DNA of 60,530 nt, counting the filler, from Basidioascus undulatus (Eukaryota): assembly GCA_000826855.1 (NCBI GenBank). It is 5 parts of 5 records of this genome, joined end to end, with 100 filler letters (N's around TTAATTAATTAA, not from the genome) between each part and the next. Parts side by side here need not be neighbours in the genome. Positions count along the whole stretch, not along the records: positions 24,018 to 52,542 come from JTLS01000147.1; 4 more parts are not named here. One strand, 5' to 3'. How positions within the stretch are numbered: position 1 is the stretch's first letter; the number at the start of each line of letters is the position of its first letter. Of this stretch, positions 36,988 through 50,459 are shown one piece after another. The notes beneath the pieces were generated by a model that saw only the letters and a list, made by a program, of their open reading frames with translations, was not told where the DNA came from and searched no databases. The position numbers and the translations under genes were made by a program.

Positions 36988-37833
36988 GGTGAGGGCGCAG
37001 GGGTTGCTTGTTGGGACGATACACGACGCTCGAAAGACCTTCTTTCCCTTGGACTTTGGACGCACACCCACCACACTCATTCATGTGGGTTTTCTGGTGC
37101 TTTGAGAACGATCGTTAATGCACGGTTTTTTGATTCTGTGCTAGGGTACCATAGCACACGCTCGTTTGCAGTTGTACGTGCATACACAGTGGGCCCATTC
37201 CCGTTGCCCTCAAACACTTGTTTACCGAGTGTACCATCCACTTGGAAGGTTAAGCTGCTTGTATTAATCTCAGACTTTTCTTCTTATACCGCCCTTTACG
37301 GTCGGCCGTGGCAACGCCTTTATTATCCGCGACAGCCCAGCTCCTTGCAAGGAGGTGCGACTGTCGATGTCGATAGGCAGGGCTTGCATCCTTGACATTC
37401 ACCTGTTCTTGGACAATTTTCTTTTCTGGGTAATTCCGGACACAATCGACTCCCATTAAGCACCTCGAGCGCACGAGCAGCTTTCGAGACTTCGCTGCCT
37501 TTGGATGTTCTTGTCGGCACCCACCGCTGGTGTCCCTGACCTCGCAATGGCTGATATATTCTGGAATCTGGTAGAAGAATTCTTCGCTCAAGTTTAATTT
37601 CCGGCAGACTCTCTCTCTAAAAAGGAGCTTGTCGCATTGCGAACGAACAAGTTTGTTTGGCTGCGGTGGTGTTTTGTTCGGGAGTCCAGGAACGCACAGC
37701 AATTAAGTCGGAGATGACAACCGCATTAGAAGAAGAACATACAGGATAAAAGATAAAAGCAAAGGCATGGAGGGAGCCGAAGCATGGGAGGGAATTGAGG
37801 CATGGGAGATGCTACGAAGGGTTCATAGGGAGG

Positions 37834-38796
37834 TCAAAACATGCTGTCCGTCGTCGACAAGTTCGCAGCGTTGCGAAGTCGAGCGAGCCCAAGCCCAGCC
37901 TTCCTACCAATCGTGTGGCCCCTCTCCGTGCCGCGAGGCGGCGTCGCAGGGGGGCCGGTTGCGAGGAAGGCCGCCTCAAGCTCAGCGGGGAGCTTAGCCG
38001 AGACGGACCTGCCCCGCTGCTGCGGTCGCTCCTCCACCTCATCGTCCTCCTCCTCCGAATCCGACGTGAGCAGGGCTGGGAGCTTGGGCGCACCCGGGCA
38101 GGGGCGAGGCGAGCCGCGGAGGAGCGGGTGCAGCTCGAGCGCCTGGAAGCTCGTCGGTCGGCGGGGCAGGCACGACGGCGTGCCGGGGGTCGGGACGAGG
38201 CCGGGGGAGACCGAGAGGATGTGAGGGGATGGGAGGAGCGTGTGGGGTGTCTGAGGATGGGCCGCGGAGGAGATGGATGTGTTGGGCTGGGAGAAGATGA
38301 ACGACGTCGGGGAGAAGGCGGCTTGGTGCGGAGAGCCGACCGTGGCAGACCCGAAGGCGGAGATGAGAGGGGAGTAGGCGGTGGGCCGGATGCGAGTGGA
38401 AGGAGTGCGAGGAGATGGCGAGAAAGTCTTTCGAAGTTCAGGTAAGAGGGAACAGCTTTCAGCAGCTGATTGCGAGATAAGCAACGTAAAACACGCACCA
38501 CCTCACCGAAAACATCGGCGTTGCCCGCATCGGTCTCCTCGAAGCCCTGACCGACACCAACTGTTCCACCCAAGCTGTGCTCAGTCGAATAGTTTTTCAA
38601 AAGATGAAGAGATAGCTGTACCGTCACCGTGCGACTCGTGCGCCTGGATGCCGCCGCGGACGCGCAGCTTGCTGCGCGGAGTAAGAGCCTCGACCAGCGC
38701 GCGAGAGGAGATCTTGATGGGGGTGTTTGTAGGGGCCCGGGGAGTTGACCGGCGCTCACGGCGCGGCGTCGACGGGGCAACGGGGGAGAGGAGCAT
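37834..38796 (-). CDS. Hypothetical Ser/Pro/Thr-rich disordered protein with two introns
   Basis: ATG at 38796 after a pyrimidine-rich leader; plausible GT-AG introns at ~38581-38621 and ~38443-38506; long GC3-rich last exon. No recognised domain. Confidence 0.55.
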
Positions 38797-39408
38797 TGCA
38801 GTGATGCAGCGGTGGTGATGGCCGAAGAGCGAGAGATTGAGAAGCGGGACGCCGCGGGATCTTGGGGAAAGAAGAACCTTGATCGTTGTGAAAGTGAACA
38901 CAAGAGCGACACCTCGGCGGAGACAAGGGTCTGGCGTTTATACTGCATGTCGGTCCGCAGAGAAGGCTGGTCCGCCAGCCATCGCTATCGCAAAACACCC
39001 GCTCAGTCGGTGTGAGTGTTTGCCTCAACTGCACGTGAAGGTGGCTTATCTGGATATGAGCGTCATTGAAGAGCATTTTGCCTCTCTATAACTACAGCTG
39101 TAATCGATATGCCGTCAAGTGGCCTCACGATGCAGCAGGCATTGAAGACGACATGCGGACCGGACCTTTCTCGCTGGCAATGTTAAACGTTCGAGGTTGT
39201 TCAAGGCAATAGGCTCTTGGGTGAATTAATCAAACAATGCCGTATCGAAAACGTGAGAGGGATCTTTGAGGTGACTGTGCGTGGCAGTATACAACAGGGC
39301 AGCGGACGGCAAAGTATTTCAAACGCAAGCAGCCAATGGCAGCATTGTGAAAAGATCGATGATGGGCGGTCGCTCAGGCACGCATCCGCCCAATGGGGAG
39401 AAAACGGT

Positions 39409-41481
39409 TCAAAATTCGCGCTTTTTTATAAGCATCTCGCAACGGGCGGGCATAGCAGTGAAGAAATTGCGGCCCTTCGTCGACATGTCCTCGTCGCGCA
39501 TGTTCGGATGCACCGTGAAGTGGAAGCGCCGGAGTAGCGATGCTACGATGAGGTAGACCTCGGCATGGGCGAGACTGCAGATAGAAGTTTTATTGAGCTC
39601 TTGCCCCGAATAACTTGACGAAGAGGTGCAAAGGCAACTCACTTGATACCGAGGCACTGGCGCGGGCCTTTGGAAAACGTCATGAGGTACGCATCGAGGG
39701 TGTTGTCGAACTTCCCTTCCGCGTCGAGCCAGCGCTCAGGCTTGAACTCTGAGATCGCCCAGTGAGTATAAATGGAGTCAATGAAGCGATCGACACAGAC
39801 ACACCGAGAGGATCAGGGAAGATCTTCGCGTCGTGATTAACCGAGATAGCCAGACCACCGACGATGGTACCAGCGGGCAGATGGACTCCCTCAAACTCCC
39901 AGCCTCCACGGGGAACGAGACGTGGCATGAATCCCGAGACAGGAACAGCGATGCGAAGGGCCTCCTTGACGCAGGCCTGCAGGGCGGAAGAAATGATACG
40001 GGTTGATTCTTGTTGAACGGGGACGGAGCGGAAACCTGTTTACAGTGAGGTAGGGCAGCTTCTCAAGTTCCTGGAGCGATGGCTTGTCGTCAGGAGAAGG
40101 AGTAACGGTGCGGAGCTCGTCGAGAAGGCGGGATTCGATCGTTTCGTTTCGCGTAATGTGGTAGATAGCGGCGTTACAAGTGTGAGCGGCAGTGTCGGCG
40201 CCTACAATGCAGTGGCAGTTGAATCACTTTGAGATTTCAAGAACTAGCTAATTGAAGCGAGCACTCACCAGCGCCGAGAAAGTCAAACGCCTCAGCCTCG
40301 ATGGCAGCCGAAGAGGGCCGGGGGCTGGACTCGAGGAGGTTGGCGAAAACGACGGGGTAAGGCGACGTCGCTTGGCGGGACTCGATGTGCGCCTTGAGCG
40401 AGCTCGATATAAGCTGAAGTCCACCAACACTGTCAGATACCATACAAAAAACAGGAAAGGTTCCTGAAGGACCATACCTTCATCAAGCGGCCCACGTTCT
40501 TTGCAGCGGTCGGCACAAGAGCATCGGGGAGAAAGCGCACGCTGTCGACGAGCTTCGGCCAGCTGATGCGGGCCATCAAAGCGGGGAAACCTTCAGCGAA
40601 CGCGATGAGGAATGGGTGTTTGAACTCCGGATATTCGAGTGCGCCGATAGCCTGCCCAAAGCCCAGAATAGCTGATCACGAAGTTAAGTCGTTTCGTTCG
40701 AACGGGAAATGTTGGGAAGGAGACTACACACAGATGATGTCCAGCGTCGTAGCTCGGATAGCGAGGAGAATGTTTACGGAACCGAAAAATTTGACGTGCG
40801 CTTCGATATTGGAGGTTAACAGGCCGACCTTCTCGTGGACTAGAGCCTCGAGCTTGAGGATGGACTGGCGAGAAAACAGCGGCGAGAGGATCTGGCGGCG
40901 TTGGCGATGCTGCGTAGGATTGCTGCATGGATATCCATGTGAAGTCAGAGCAGGTCCAAGAGCTCTGATTGAGTTCCAAATGGCTCGAACAAGTCCTGAT
41001 GACTGACCTCATTGTGAAAACGCTGTGTGCCTCCGCTCCGAGGTCGAAGCCGTCCATGGCCTGATAGAAACCCCCGTCCTTCAGGAACTTCTTCTCGACG
41101 TAAATCTCCCGGTAAGCTGATAGTGCAGGATAAGACGTCAGTAAGAGAAGATGGCAAATAACAATCACGCTGCTTGGAACAGATACCCTTGTCTCCCCAC
41201 GCCGCGACCTCGTTGCGGCCAATGCGGATGAGAGTAGAGTCATGACCAGCGTGGAAGGCTTGGATAGTGGGAGTGAGGTCGCCCTGAATCCACTTGATCG
41301 TAGACCAGTACGGCACGAGTATGGCCGCTTTGGGACCGGGAAGGGCGGCAAGAGGTGAAAGGAAAAGGTGGTAAAGAGTGGTGGAGATGTAGATGAAAGC
41401 CGCGAACGCTGCGACATATGCAAGGGTGGAGAGTGAGAGGCTAACGGCCATGCTATCAGCGAATGACAACTCCATCGGCAT
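39409..41481 (-). CDS. Cytochrome P450 monooxygenase
   Basis: N-terminal TM plus SPLAALPGP, I-helix GAGADTAA, ExxR (KEALR), FKPERWL and heme motif FSKGPRQCLG; introns checked are in frame. Confidence 0.95.
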
Positions 41482-42599
41482 GATTCGTCGCCCTTGTGAG
41501 GGTGAGAAAGCAAGAAGTGATGCGAGAACGACCCCCTGAGGCAAATCCTATCAGCCGAAACTTGCGAGCGAGCAGCGTCATCTCAGCCGGTACGGGAACC
41601 GTTCTCTCCGCTGGAAAGTGAGCTCGAAGAGCAGTGAAGGCGGCATCAGTAGATTGCGGCCCGCAAACGACTGCAGCGGATACGTTTATTTTGAAAGGTG
41701 GATACTTCGCTCGTCGTTCGAGCAAATTCAAAGGCGTTTCCGTTGACAATGAAAGGGCAACCATGCGGATGACGACCATCCGCGACGGATCTCCAGATCT
41801 TGAGTGCCGGTCGCCGGCCTTTGCCCCCGGGCGCATGCCACTGCGCAAGGCGGACGGACGGGCATCGAGGTCGAGGTTTGTGCTGTCTTCGACCACGCAC
41901 TCTCTCACTCAACAATATCATTCACCACGTTCCTGCCTCGCCCCCCTGAGCCTAAACGCACACCCTATCTTGACGCTCGGCCACTGCTACTCAATGGGGA
42001 CAGACTGGAACTCGCAGGCTGAAATACAAAGGGAATTCACGTCTTCTTGGCTTTCGGAGTACGTACCAGGCGCTTGTATCCATGATTTTAAACGATTTGT
42101 TCAAGAGCACCGTCCAACAGTACTGCCACACGGGCATGTGCTTCTGGGAGTACCTCATAACGCTGTACCTGAGATGCTTGGCTCTCCGGGAACGAGAAAG
42201 ATCTTATCGCGTGGTGCTCTTCTGTTTACCTCAGTGATGTCGAGTTCGATCTCATCACACGCAAGCGGCCCTTCCGAGCGCCCATGGTCCCATATCTCCT
42301 AGCGCGATACTTCGTGTGTGGCAGTTACATCTTCGGGTGTGTCTGCCGCTCTGTCGACAGTCTGAAGGGCACAACTATTTCGAGCTGACTGCGTGCGGCC
42401 TTCCAGGAACGTCCTATACCACTCCCAGACGCCGATCAACTGCAATGCGTTCCTCATACTGTTGCAAATCTGCTCTGGCTACGCTACCTGCGCTGCGTGG
42501 GGGCTCCTCATGATTCGCATATTGCGTGCACAGTGGAAGCAGCGTTTAACGTTCACACTCAATTTTCAGTAGATCCGATAGATAGTTCCAGAGAGGCTA

Positions 42600-45500
42600 C
42601 GTAGGTCTGACCGGGAGACTGCACTACCAAGGCAACGCAACAAGCTCATCGACTGCTTTCTCACTGTCTGTGCCAACACGCAATGGATGGATGGTCAGTG
42701 TATCGTGATTGAGGTCAACACTTTGTTCTCTGCCAACGTGGGTCTTGCAACTCAATGTTCATTTTCTTGCAAATCCTCTGACCCTGACGATTCCGTGCAG
42801 TATGTTCTAACCGACGGTAAGGCTTTCAACCAATCCTTCATTTTCATGAACACGCGCGTATTGAGCAGCATGGACTGATTGGCAGGGATGATGTACTTTG
42901 TCGGTGCGTGCTCCATGCTTCACATCAAAACCGCTTTTGTGAAAATGAATAGAGGCTCCCCATAGCCACGTTCCTTCAACCTTCTTCAAGCCGTATTCGC
43001 TCTGTTAGCTCAGCACGCCCATGATGTTCATGTGTTCCTGGGCAGCGGCAACGATCAGCATGATGGCTGCCTGTCGGTAAGTTCCACCTCTTTCGATAGC
43101 CTGGCAAGAATATATGGAAGCTGACGCTGCTCACTTCCCGCTGCAGTGCCTTCCGCCATCTTGCCGACTTTTACCGTACCGAACAGAGCTTCAACAGCGC
43201 CGCGAGAGGCTACGTCTTCTCCAAGGTAGTTTAACCGTTCTTCCTGCCCGTATCCCCGCCTCGTTCCGGGTTCAGCACTGTTACAGAACTGGTCCGGCCC
43301 GAGGTCCCGCGAAAGAGAGTCGCATAAGCGTGGAGTCTGCTACCCGGGCTTGTGCGGCGCGATCGAGATTACGATGGAGCAGTTCGAGGAGCCGTGAGTG
43401 CATTTACTGCTGGGAGATTAGGCAAAACCTGACTACATAATACATGGCGGGTTGGACAGCGACTACTCGAGGCGGGTCGACGCCGCGTCGGCGCAGACAG
43501 TGGATGTGTTCCCCGAGTATGCGGCGAGGCTCGATTGCGAACAGTCAAAGGCCAGCAGCTAATTTCGGAGGTTGGCATGCATTTTTCTGTGCTGTTTTCC
43601 AATACTGCTCCAGATAGTATTGAATAACTCAGTCCAGTATGATCGTCGAATTCAACTGCCGGAAGTAGGCTACACTACGTGGGCGCCTCCCGCGGACTTG
43701 CGAGACTGGAATATTGCCTATGACTATGGTGGATTTCGGCGGCTAAGGAAGAGAAATGTATCGACGAACAGCCAATACCAGATAGGAAGTGAGTCTACCA
43801 AGAGACTGGAGCCGCGTACACACCTTGACATCCTCGGGTCGCATTGAACTCCGGTTCTGATCAACGAAATCGACTCGAAGTGAGTTATTTATGACGATTA
43901 ATGTCAGTAGTAAGTCGCAGAGCGCTGCTACGCCGTCTCTTACGCAGCTGACGGTGTTGCCCCCAACTTGTTACGCGTTGCGTTTTATGCGTTCCTCGCC
44001 AACTTTCCTACTATTTCCTTGCCGCTCCGCCACATGAAACTATCACCGCGCTGCGATCTGAATTTGGTGGATCAAGTTCTGCACACCCAATCGAGTTACG
44101 ACATGACTGAACTACTCGTTACACTAACTCTGTGCCTGCACGTTCTTACAGAACGGCCTATGCGTCTTCAAGCAGTATGATACCAACGTAAGATTGACAA
44201 CGCAATAGAGATGCGAAGCTTGGAAGACGACGTGCGCACATCCTCTAATGCTGCTCTGAGAAGTACGTTGCCTGCCGTAACTCGGACAACGTTTGGATGC
44301 GACCGCACTGCACCTAGGGAAGACACACGCTTCTTCGCGGCTGGCGGACGAAGTCCTCTTCGCAGCTTGCTCCTTGACCCCCTGCGTGATCTTGTTCCAC
44401 ACCGCGAGTAGCAGCGATCCCTTCTCGCAGGTCGCGAGGCGCTCGAACGCCTTACGTGCGCTTTCCACGCGGGATATGAGCGTGCCGTCGGAAGCGATGA
44501 GGTGGGGATTGCGTGGCGCTCGAGCCAGGGCGTCTCGAGTAGTGGAACGTTTACGGTCGCGCACAGCGCGCCGAGACAGGCTGGAGATTGGCGCTAAGCA
44601 TCACCTTTCCGAAGCCCCGGGGGTTTACAGAAGAATCGAAGGACGCACTCCAGACGTCGAAATTATCAAAGCTGTGGTCGGATAGAGAGGATACTAGCTC
44701 AAAGAAGCCGGCATCGATCCAGCGTCGAACGATAGGTCTGATTGATCAGGTCAGCCGGTACGGCCAGGCTTAGAGGAGTCAAACACGTACGGATGGTCGC
44801 TTTCGACAACTTTATCCTGCCAATACGCCAACAACCTGAGCCCAGAAGCGAGCGCGAACTTCTCGTCCGCTCTGAGCTGCGAAGCGCCTGCCTCCTTCAC
44901 CATCCTCCGGAGCGTCATATCCAAAGCGCCCCGTCATGCGCCGCATCCTCCACGAGGTTTTTCTGCGCCCGGCAAAGGAGCAAGCGCAGCATGTCATGTG
45001 GAAGTAGACGTCCTTGATTGGGCACGAGTCGAAGAGGTCGGCGAAGCGTGCGGAGAGTGCTGAGCTAGGCGCGAGGAAGAGGATGCGCGACAGTGGGACG
45101 GGAGAATAATATTGAAGAAGGTAGTGCAGCGTTACGCATTCGGACGGCTCTTGCAGCCAGAGGAGCGTGAGACAGGGGATCGTGTGCGGATTCGTCCTGC
45201 ACGGCAGCCAAGTAGGGGGAGTCAGCTCATGATTGACTGTACCATCAATTGGGAGGGTAAGGACCTGACAAAGGCCTCGTCTGCTCGCCTCGCGTATTCG
45301 GGGAACACGAGCGGGATGACGAAGCGGTGGGGGTTCGCGCTGTCCTTGTCCTCGGCGTCCGCAGCGAAAAAAGCTTGGTGACTCCAGATTTGTACGTTTC
45401 CCATGCATTGGTTATTATCATTCAGAACCTTCTGAAGAGGAGATTGAAGCCTTACATGGTTCACGACTTTCGAAAAGATGTCTCGTAGCGCGCGGAGCAC

Positions 45501-46100
45501 CCGCTCGTCGTGCGCGGCGGTTTACTCTCGGCCAAGAAGACGAAGAGGCAGGAAAGGAGGATGAAATTCGAGGGAGTCAACTGTGCAAACTTAGTTAGCT
45601 AAGTATGGCAGATGGCTAGGACGGGGTAAGTGTATGCGTACGACTTCGAAGTCCTCCATCTCCAGCAATTGACAACCGCTCTATCAGCGCCAGCGGGACG
45701 CCCCGCGTGCGCCACGAGTCCGGAGTAGAGGTACCGGTTCATTACGGGCCCGGTCTTCCATGGAAATTGCCAAAGGCAGTGCGAGCGCTTATCCAGACCC
45801 CGCCTACATCTCGGGCCACAGCGACCACGCTGCTCAGGAGCGGGATGTCGAGGTTGTCCGGCGCCATCCCTCTCAAGAGCGCCGCTGCCTCGCTCGACTG
45901 CGTTGTGAGCAGATGCGTGGCGCTCTGATATTCTTCTGAATCCATTTCATGAGAGTGTGGGTCTGGGTGGAAAGGCCGCCAACCTCTCCGAAGGCACTGT
46001 GTTGTGCAGTTCTCGTGAGAAGGTGGACTGTTGAAGTGTCAAAGAGTGATCTTTGAAGCGCATCATGTCTGATCAGATAGAAAGATGGATTGGCTTTCAT
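42600..46100 (-). pseudogene. Probable decayed multi-exon gene of unknown family
   Basis: Several protein-like minus-strand segments (44124-44564, 45222-45500, 45742-45945, 42807-43075) broken by stops and frameshifts; no motif recognised. Confidence 0.25.
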
Positions 46101-46278
46101 TGCATCCCCAAGCCGTCCCTAAATGTATCATGAGCGTGCGGAACCATCTCCAGCTGAGGATAAGCCATGCTTGCAAGGCAACGCCGGCAGCTCTGGCGTC
46201 TTGAGGGACATCTCGTTATGACGTCCCCATCATCACGAAAGCAGCATCCGAGTATTTGAAATCATGCATGTCATCCCT

Positions 46279-46932
46279 CTAGTTCGCAATCTCAAAATCG
46301 TAAGCCAGCACGTCTACCCCCCTCGGCCAGATCAGCATCCTTGCCCTTCCTCGTTGCCCTTTGGCGTCTGCCCCCCTTCCACTTAAAGATGCCAACGCAC
46401 CGTCCACACTGGGCTTGACAACCTCGTTGACAATCTTGACGTGCGCCTCGCTGACAGCGTACTGCACAACCCGAACCGACCGTCAGTGTCTTCCCGTATT
46501 GTCTTATCGCTAATGGAAGGAAAGGCGCACGATATCCAGTTCCTCGCGGGTTTCGAACACGCTGTAGAGGCCTGTAATTCGAAAGAAGCTAAGGATGCTC
46601 GGCTCCCGAAAGCGAGAAGAAAGGAAAGGAAGACGCACCGTAGTTGAACCCCTGCGTCCGACCCTCAACTATCCGCCGCATCGTCCAGCCCCGCCCCCAA
46701 TCAGCCACCCCACAAATCTTCCTCACGTCCACAAAAGCCACACGCACTGACAGGCGGCCCCAACTCAAGCTTGACCGGGCCCTTGAGCGACTTGAGCGCC
46801 TCGAACGCGCTCGTGTCGGCGTTGGGCTTGAGGCGCCAGAGGACTGCAACGGGCGATCGATCAGCGGCGGGGATTGAGATTGAGAGGGAGCAGTGAGTGA
46901 GGTTAGTACGGACCGATGTGGACGATGGGCAT
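46279..46932 (-). CDS. Dabb (stress-responsive A/B barrel) protein
   Basis: Spliced: MPIVHIVLWRLKPNADTSAFEALKSLKGPVKLELGPPIVEGRTQGFNYGLYSVFETREELDIYAVSEAHVKIVNEVVKPSVDDVLAYDFEIAN*. TATAAA-like element at ~47091-47098. Confidence 0.88.
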
Positions 46933-47572
46933 GGTTAGATGGAGAGGAGGATGAGGGTAGACAAGATAGTCGACCGCGAAGTCGCGCATGGCGAACTCGG
47001 GACCGGGCTGCATGAGCCGGTGTGCGGGTCTGAAAGCTCATCGCTCGTTTGTGACTTTGACTTTGCGCTCTTCTCTGTAGGAACAATTTTTCTTTATATT
47101 TCTTCAAGACGAAATAGAAAACAACGCATTTCCGACAAATTACCTCCCATGTGGACAACGCTTTTGAGCGCGGCGTATTCATCCGGGGACTCTAGCCAGC
47201 CGCCAGGCCCAGGGGTGCAAGGATCATTCCGTCTTTCCGATCATAAAATGAAGCGTTACGGGAAACTATCCAATGTGAACTTTCTCATCGAGCTGTCTCT
47301 CTCAAATAGCGAATAGCGTAAGATGATCCGACTTCGCTGACAATAGCCAGCTTAGGCTCGCCAGGAGCGAGCTCAAGAGGTGCAAAAGGAAGTTTGTGCA
47401 ATTTACGAGCGAGGGAAACGCGTAGTCATGCTCTCATTCGATCGGCGCGACCTGGGCGCGTCGCTTGCGCGTGGAAAGAGAACTCGGCGGCCTGCCTTCG
47501 CCATTCGCCACCCACTCGTCTTCGTGGTTCACCTGCGCCTTGCCCATCGGCGTACACGACGAACAGAGCACC

Positions 47573-49885
47573 ATGTCCCGCCGTAACACTGTGGGAAACG
47601 CTGTGCGCGGACCTACGTCGGCGCTGACTGAGTTCTTGCGCGGTGCGTCGACCCTCCGACTCGGGGTTCAGTAACCCGCCGCCCACGCTGACTTTGGTGG
47701 ACGCAATCAACAGAGCAAGGGATCAACAGCCGTCCTCAGAACCCCTATACCCTCAACAACAACGCTAACAACACCGCCGATAACGCAGCCGCGTCCGGCT
47801 CCGCCTCCCCTGCTGCCGGCCCCTCCACCGCTGCGACCCCCGGACAGTCGGCGTCGGCGTCGGCCGCCCCGGGCCCATCCAAGCCCCGTCGCCGCCGCGC
47901 CGTCGCCGAGCCAGACTCGGACGATCTGGACGGCGACGATGATGACGGGCCGTCTCGCCAGCCCGCAAAGAAGGCGAAGAAGCAGATGACTGTGAAGGAG
48001 CTCGAGGCGGAGAAGGAGCGCCAGCGTCGCGCGCACGAGGTTAAGAAGAAGGGCCAGGCCGCCGCGGGCGACGATGACGACTGGGAGGAGAACGAGGAGG
48101 AGGACCCATACACTGCTCCGGCGAAGAAGGGCAAGAGCACCGCGGCGGGCGGGCCGGGGAGCAGGACCGAGTGCGCGGAGTGCGGGAAGAAGGTCATCAT
48201 CGTGAGTTGCTTTCTCTTCTAGGGCTTTGGAGAGGGATGCTGAAGTGTCAGGATGTGGTGGTAGACGCAATACACTCCCGCTGCGCTGGACGGGGACGGC
48301 GTGCTCTGCCCCGCCTGCGCCAAGGCGGGCGGCATCGACCAGCTCAAGAAGTTGGCGCCGAAGAAGCGCGCCCCGAAGGCGAAGCAGCGCGCCGCCCCGA
48401 AGCCGGACGACCACATCAAGGTCCCGTCGCTTCAGGAAGTCTGCATCAAGGTGTCTCCTTTTCGCCGGAGACGTTGCCCTTGCCCCGGTCTGACACTGTC
48501 CGTCGCCCCGCACAGCTTATCGGAGATCACATCGAGGACGTCGAGGAGCTCGGAGAGATCGGCCTGATCAACATGGACAGGATCTGCCGGATCATCGCGA
48601 AGAACAGGAGCCTGTTCGTTCGCTCCATCCCCCTAGCTGCGTGGCCATGAGGCTGACCGTCTTCCATCCCTCCAGCACCTCCGCCACTGCGCAGCTCTTC
48701 TTCGACATCTCGCGCAAGAAGCTAAAGCTCTACGACAGCTCCAGTGTGTCCCCCCGCTTCTCTCCCGCCTCAGTCTGCCCCCCCACCGGCTGACCTCATC
48801 TCCGTACTCAGACCTCGACGCGGCCGCCCTCGGCGCCATCGCCTCCTTCTGCCCGCACCTCGAGGAGCTCTCGATTGACCTCTGTGGGCGCGCGGAGAGC
48901 AGCACGATGGTCGCGTGGGGCGAGCGCTTCGACGCGCTCCGCCGCATCGAGCTGTATGGGCCGTTCCTCGTACGCGTGCCCGGGTGGAAGAAGTTCCTTG
49001 AGGCGATGGGTGAAAGGCTGGAGGGGTTCTTGATAACGTGCGTCGCTTCTCCGTCTCCCCGCATTGGTGACACGCTGATGATATTTGCGTTGGTATAGCC
49101 AATCGCCCCGCTTCGACCTCGAGTGCACCGAACACCTCGTCAAGCACTGCCCGAACCTGACGGAGCTCCGGCTCGCGGACATCCGGGAGCTGACGCCCGA
49201 GTGCCTCACAGCCCTGCACGGCTACACCTCCCTCACGCTGCTCGACCTATCACGCCCCGGGCAGCCCATGACGCCCGAGTCGGTCATCGCCCTCCTGTCC
49301 TCCGTCGGCGCGCACCTCCTCTCCCTCAACCTCTCCAACATCCCCGACCTCACCGACGACGTCCTCGTCTCCGGCATCCGCCCACACTGCCACGACCTCG
49401 CCTCGCTCGACATTTCCGACTGCGTGAACGTCGATCCGCCCGGGATCGTCGGGCTCTTCGGCGACTGGAAGACGAACGTCGGCCTGCGCGAGCTCAACCT
49501 CAAGAAATGCTATGGGCTCGACGACGACGCGCTGCGCGCTGTGCTCGCGCACTCAGGGCGTACGCTCGAGAAGCTCAGCGTCAATGCGCTGAAGGAGCTC
49601 GGGAAGGAGGCGCTCGACGAAATTGGGAGGGCCGCCCCGAGGCTTAGGGAGCTGGACGCAGGGTGGTGCAGGGAGGTGGACGACTATACGATGAAGGACT
49701 GGCTGGAGGGGTGCACCGAGCTGGAACAGGTCAAGGTCTGGGGGTGCAATCGCTTGACGGCGAACTGCCCGCGCAAGGTCAGTGTTTTGGAGGAGAGCGC
49801 TTGTTCCGAGGCGCTTGCTTATTGTTTGTGGGTGTTGTTGCAGCGCGGCGTCCGCCTCATCGGTTGCGAGGCGCTGACGGTCTAG
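47573..49885 (+). CDS. RAD7: DNA repair protein Rad7/Rhp7 (LRR)
   Basis: VRGPTSALTEFLR N-terminus, CAECGK...LCPAC zinc motif, VPSLQEVCIK/LIGDHIEDVEELG...IIAKNRSL, LRRs and C-terminal VWGCNRL...LIGCE. Confidence 0.92.
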
Positions 49886-50459
49886 ACTTTTGTTCGTTGC
49901 TGTCCGGGACTCGCTGGGAACGCTTGTAAACCTTTTGGACGCGTACTCTTTCTCTGCATATTTCGTCGCCGCTGTCTACCTTGGTCTACCCCATGCCTTC
50001 ATTTCGCCTTTCGTTTTTCCTTTCTTGACGAGCGACCTACGCTCGAGCTTGTGTGTTGTACATTCTCCCGGGTGTATGAATTGCGCCGGTTGTGTTTTGA
50101 ATCGAGTACCCGTGGTTGCCTTATGATCCGCCATCAAGGAAGCTGTTAATGCGCCGACGTCGAAGCGTAGGGGAGGTGCCTCGCCGTGTGGCGACGGCCA
50201 TTGAACGGCCCGGGGCTGTCGCTTCTTTGCACCGCCCGTCTTCGCGTCTTCCTGTCGATGAACGATCTTCCAAAGCTTCCTCGCCCTCGTGGATGAGGGG
50301 CCCCGCATCTATTCTACTTACAAGCAGTCGCATTCCAATCAATCTTGTTTCTTCTGTCCGCATGCATGCCTGCGCGGGTTAGGTTGGCTAGCGATTCTCC
50401 GTGCTTTTCAACGACTTCTTCCTTCCCCGTCTTCTCCCACCTTCATCGCATCCACCGCT

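Noticed and set aside
37250..37702. 150-aa minus-strand ORF as a gene or transposase fragment
   Set aside because: It has a non-ATG start, no recognisable motif and atypical codon usage.
37764..37810. Imperfect 18-nt tandem repeat (GCATGGGAGGGA-like) as a CRISPR-like array
   Set aside because: Three degenerate units with no spacers, in a eukaryotic 3' flank.
37812..38948. 378-aa ORF and the many other long overlapping or antisense ORFs (e.g. 35520..36341, 47707..48513, 56882..57808)
   Set aside because: These are shadow frames of GC-rich genes, low in complexity and explained by the spliced genes.
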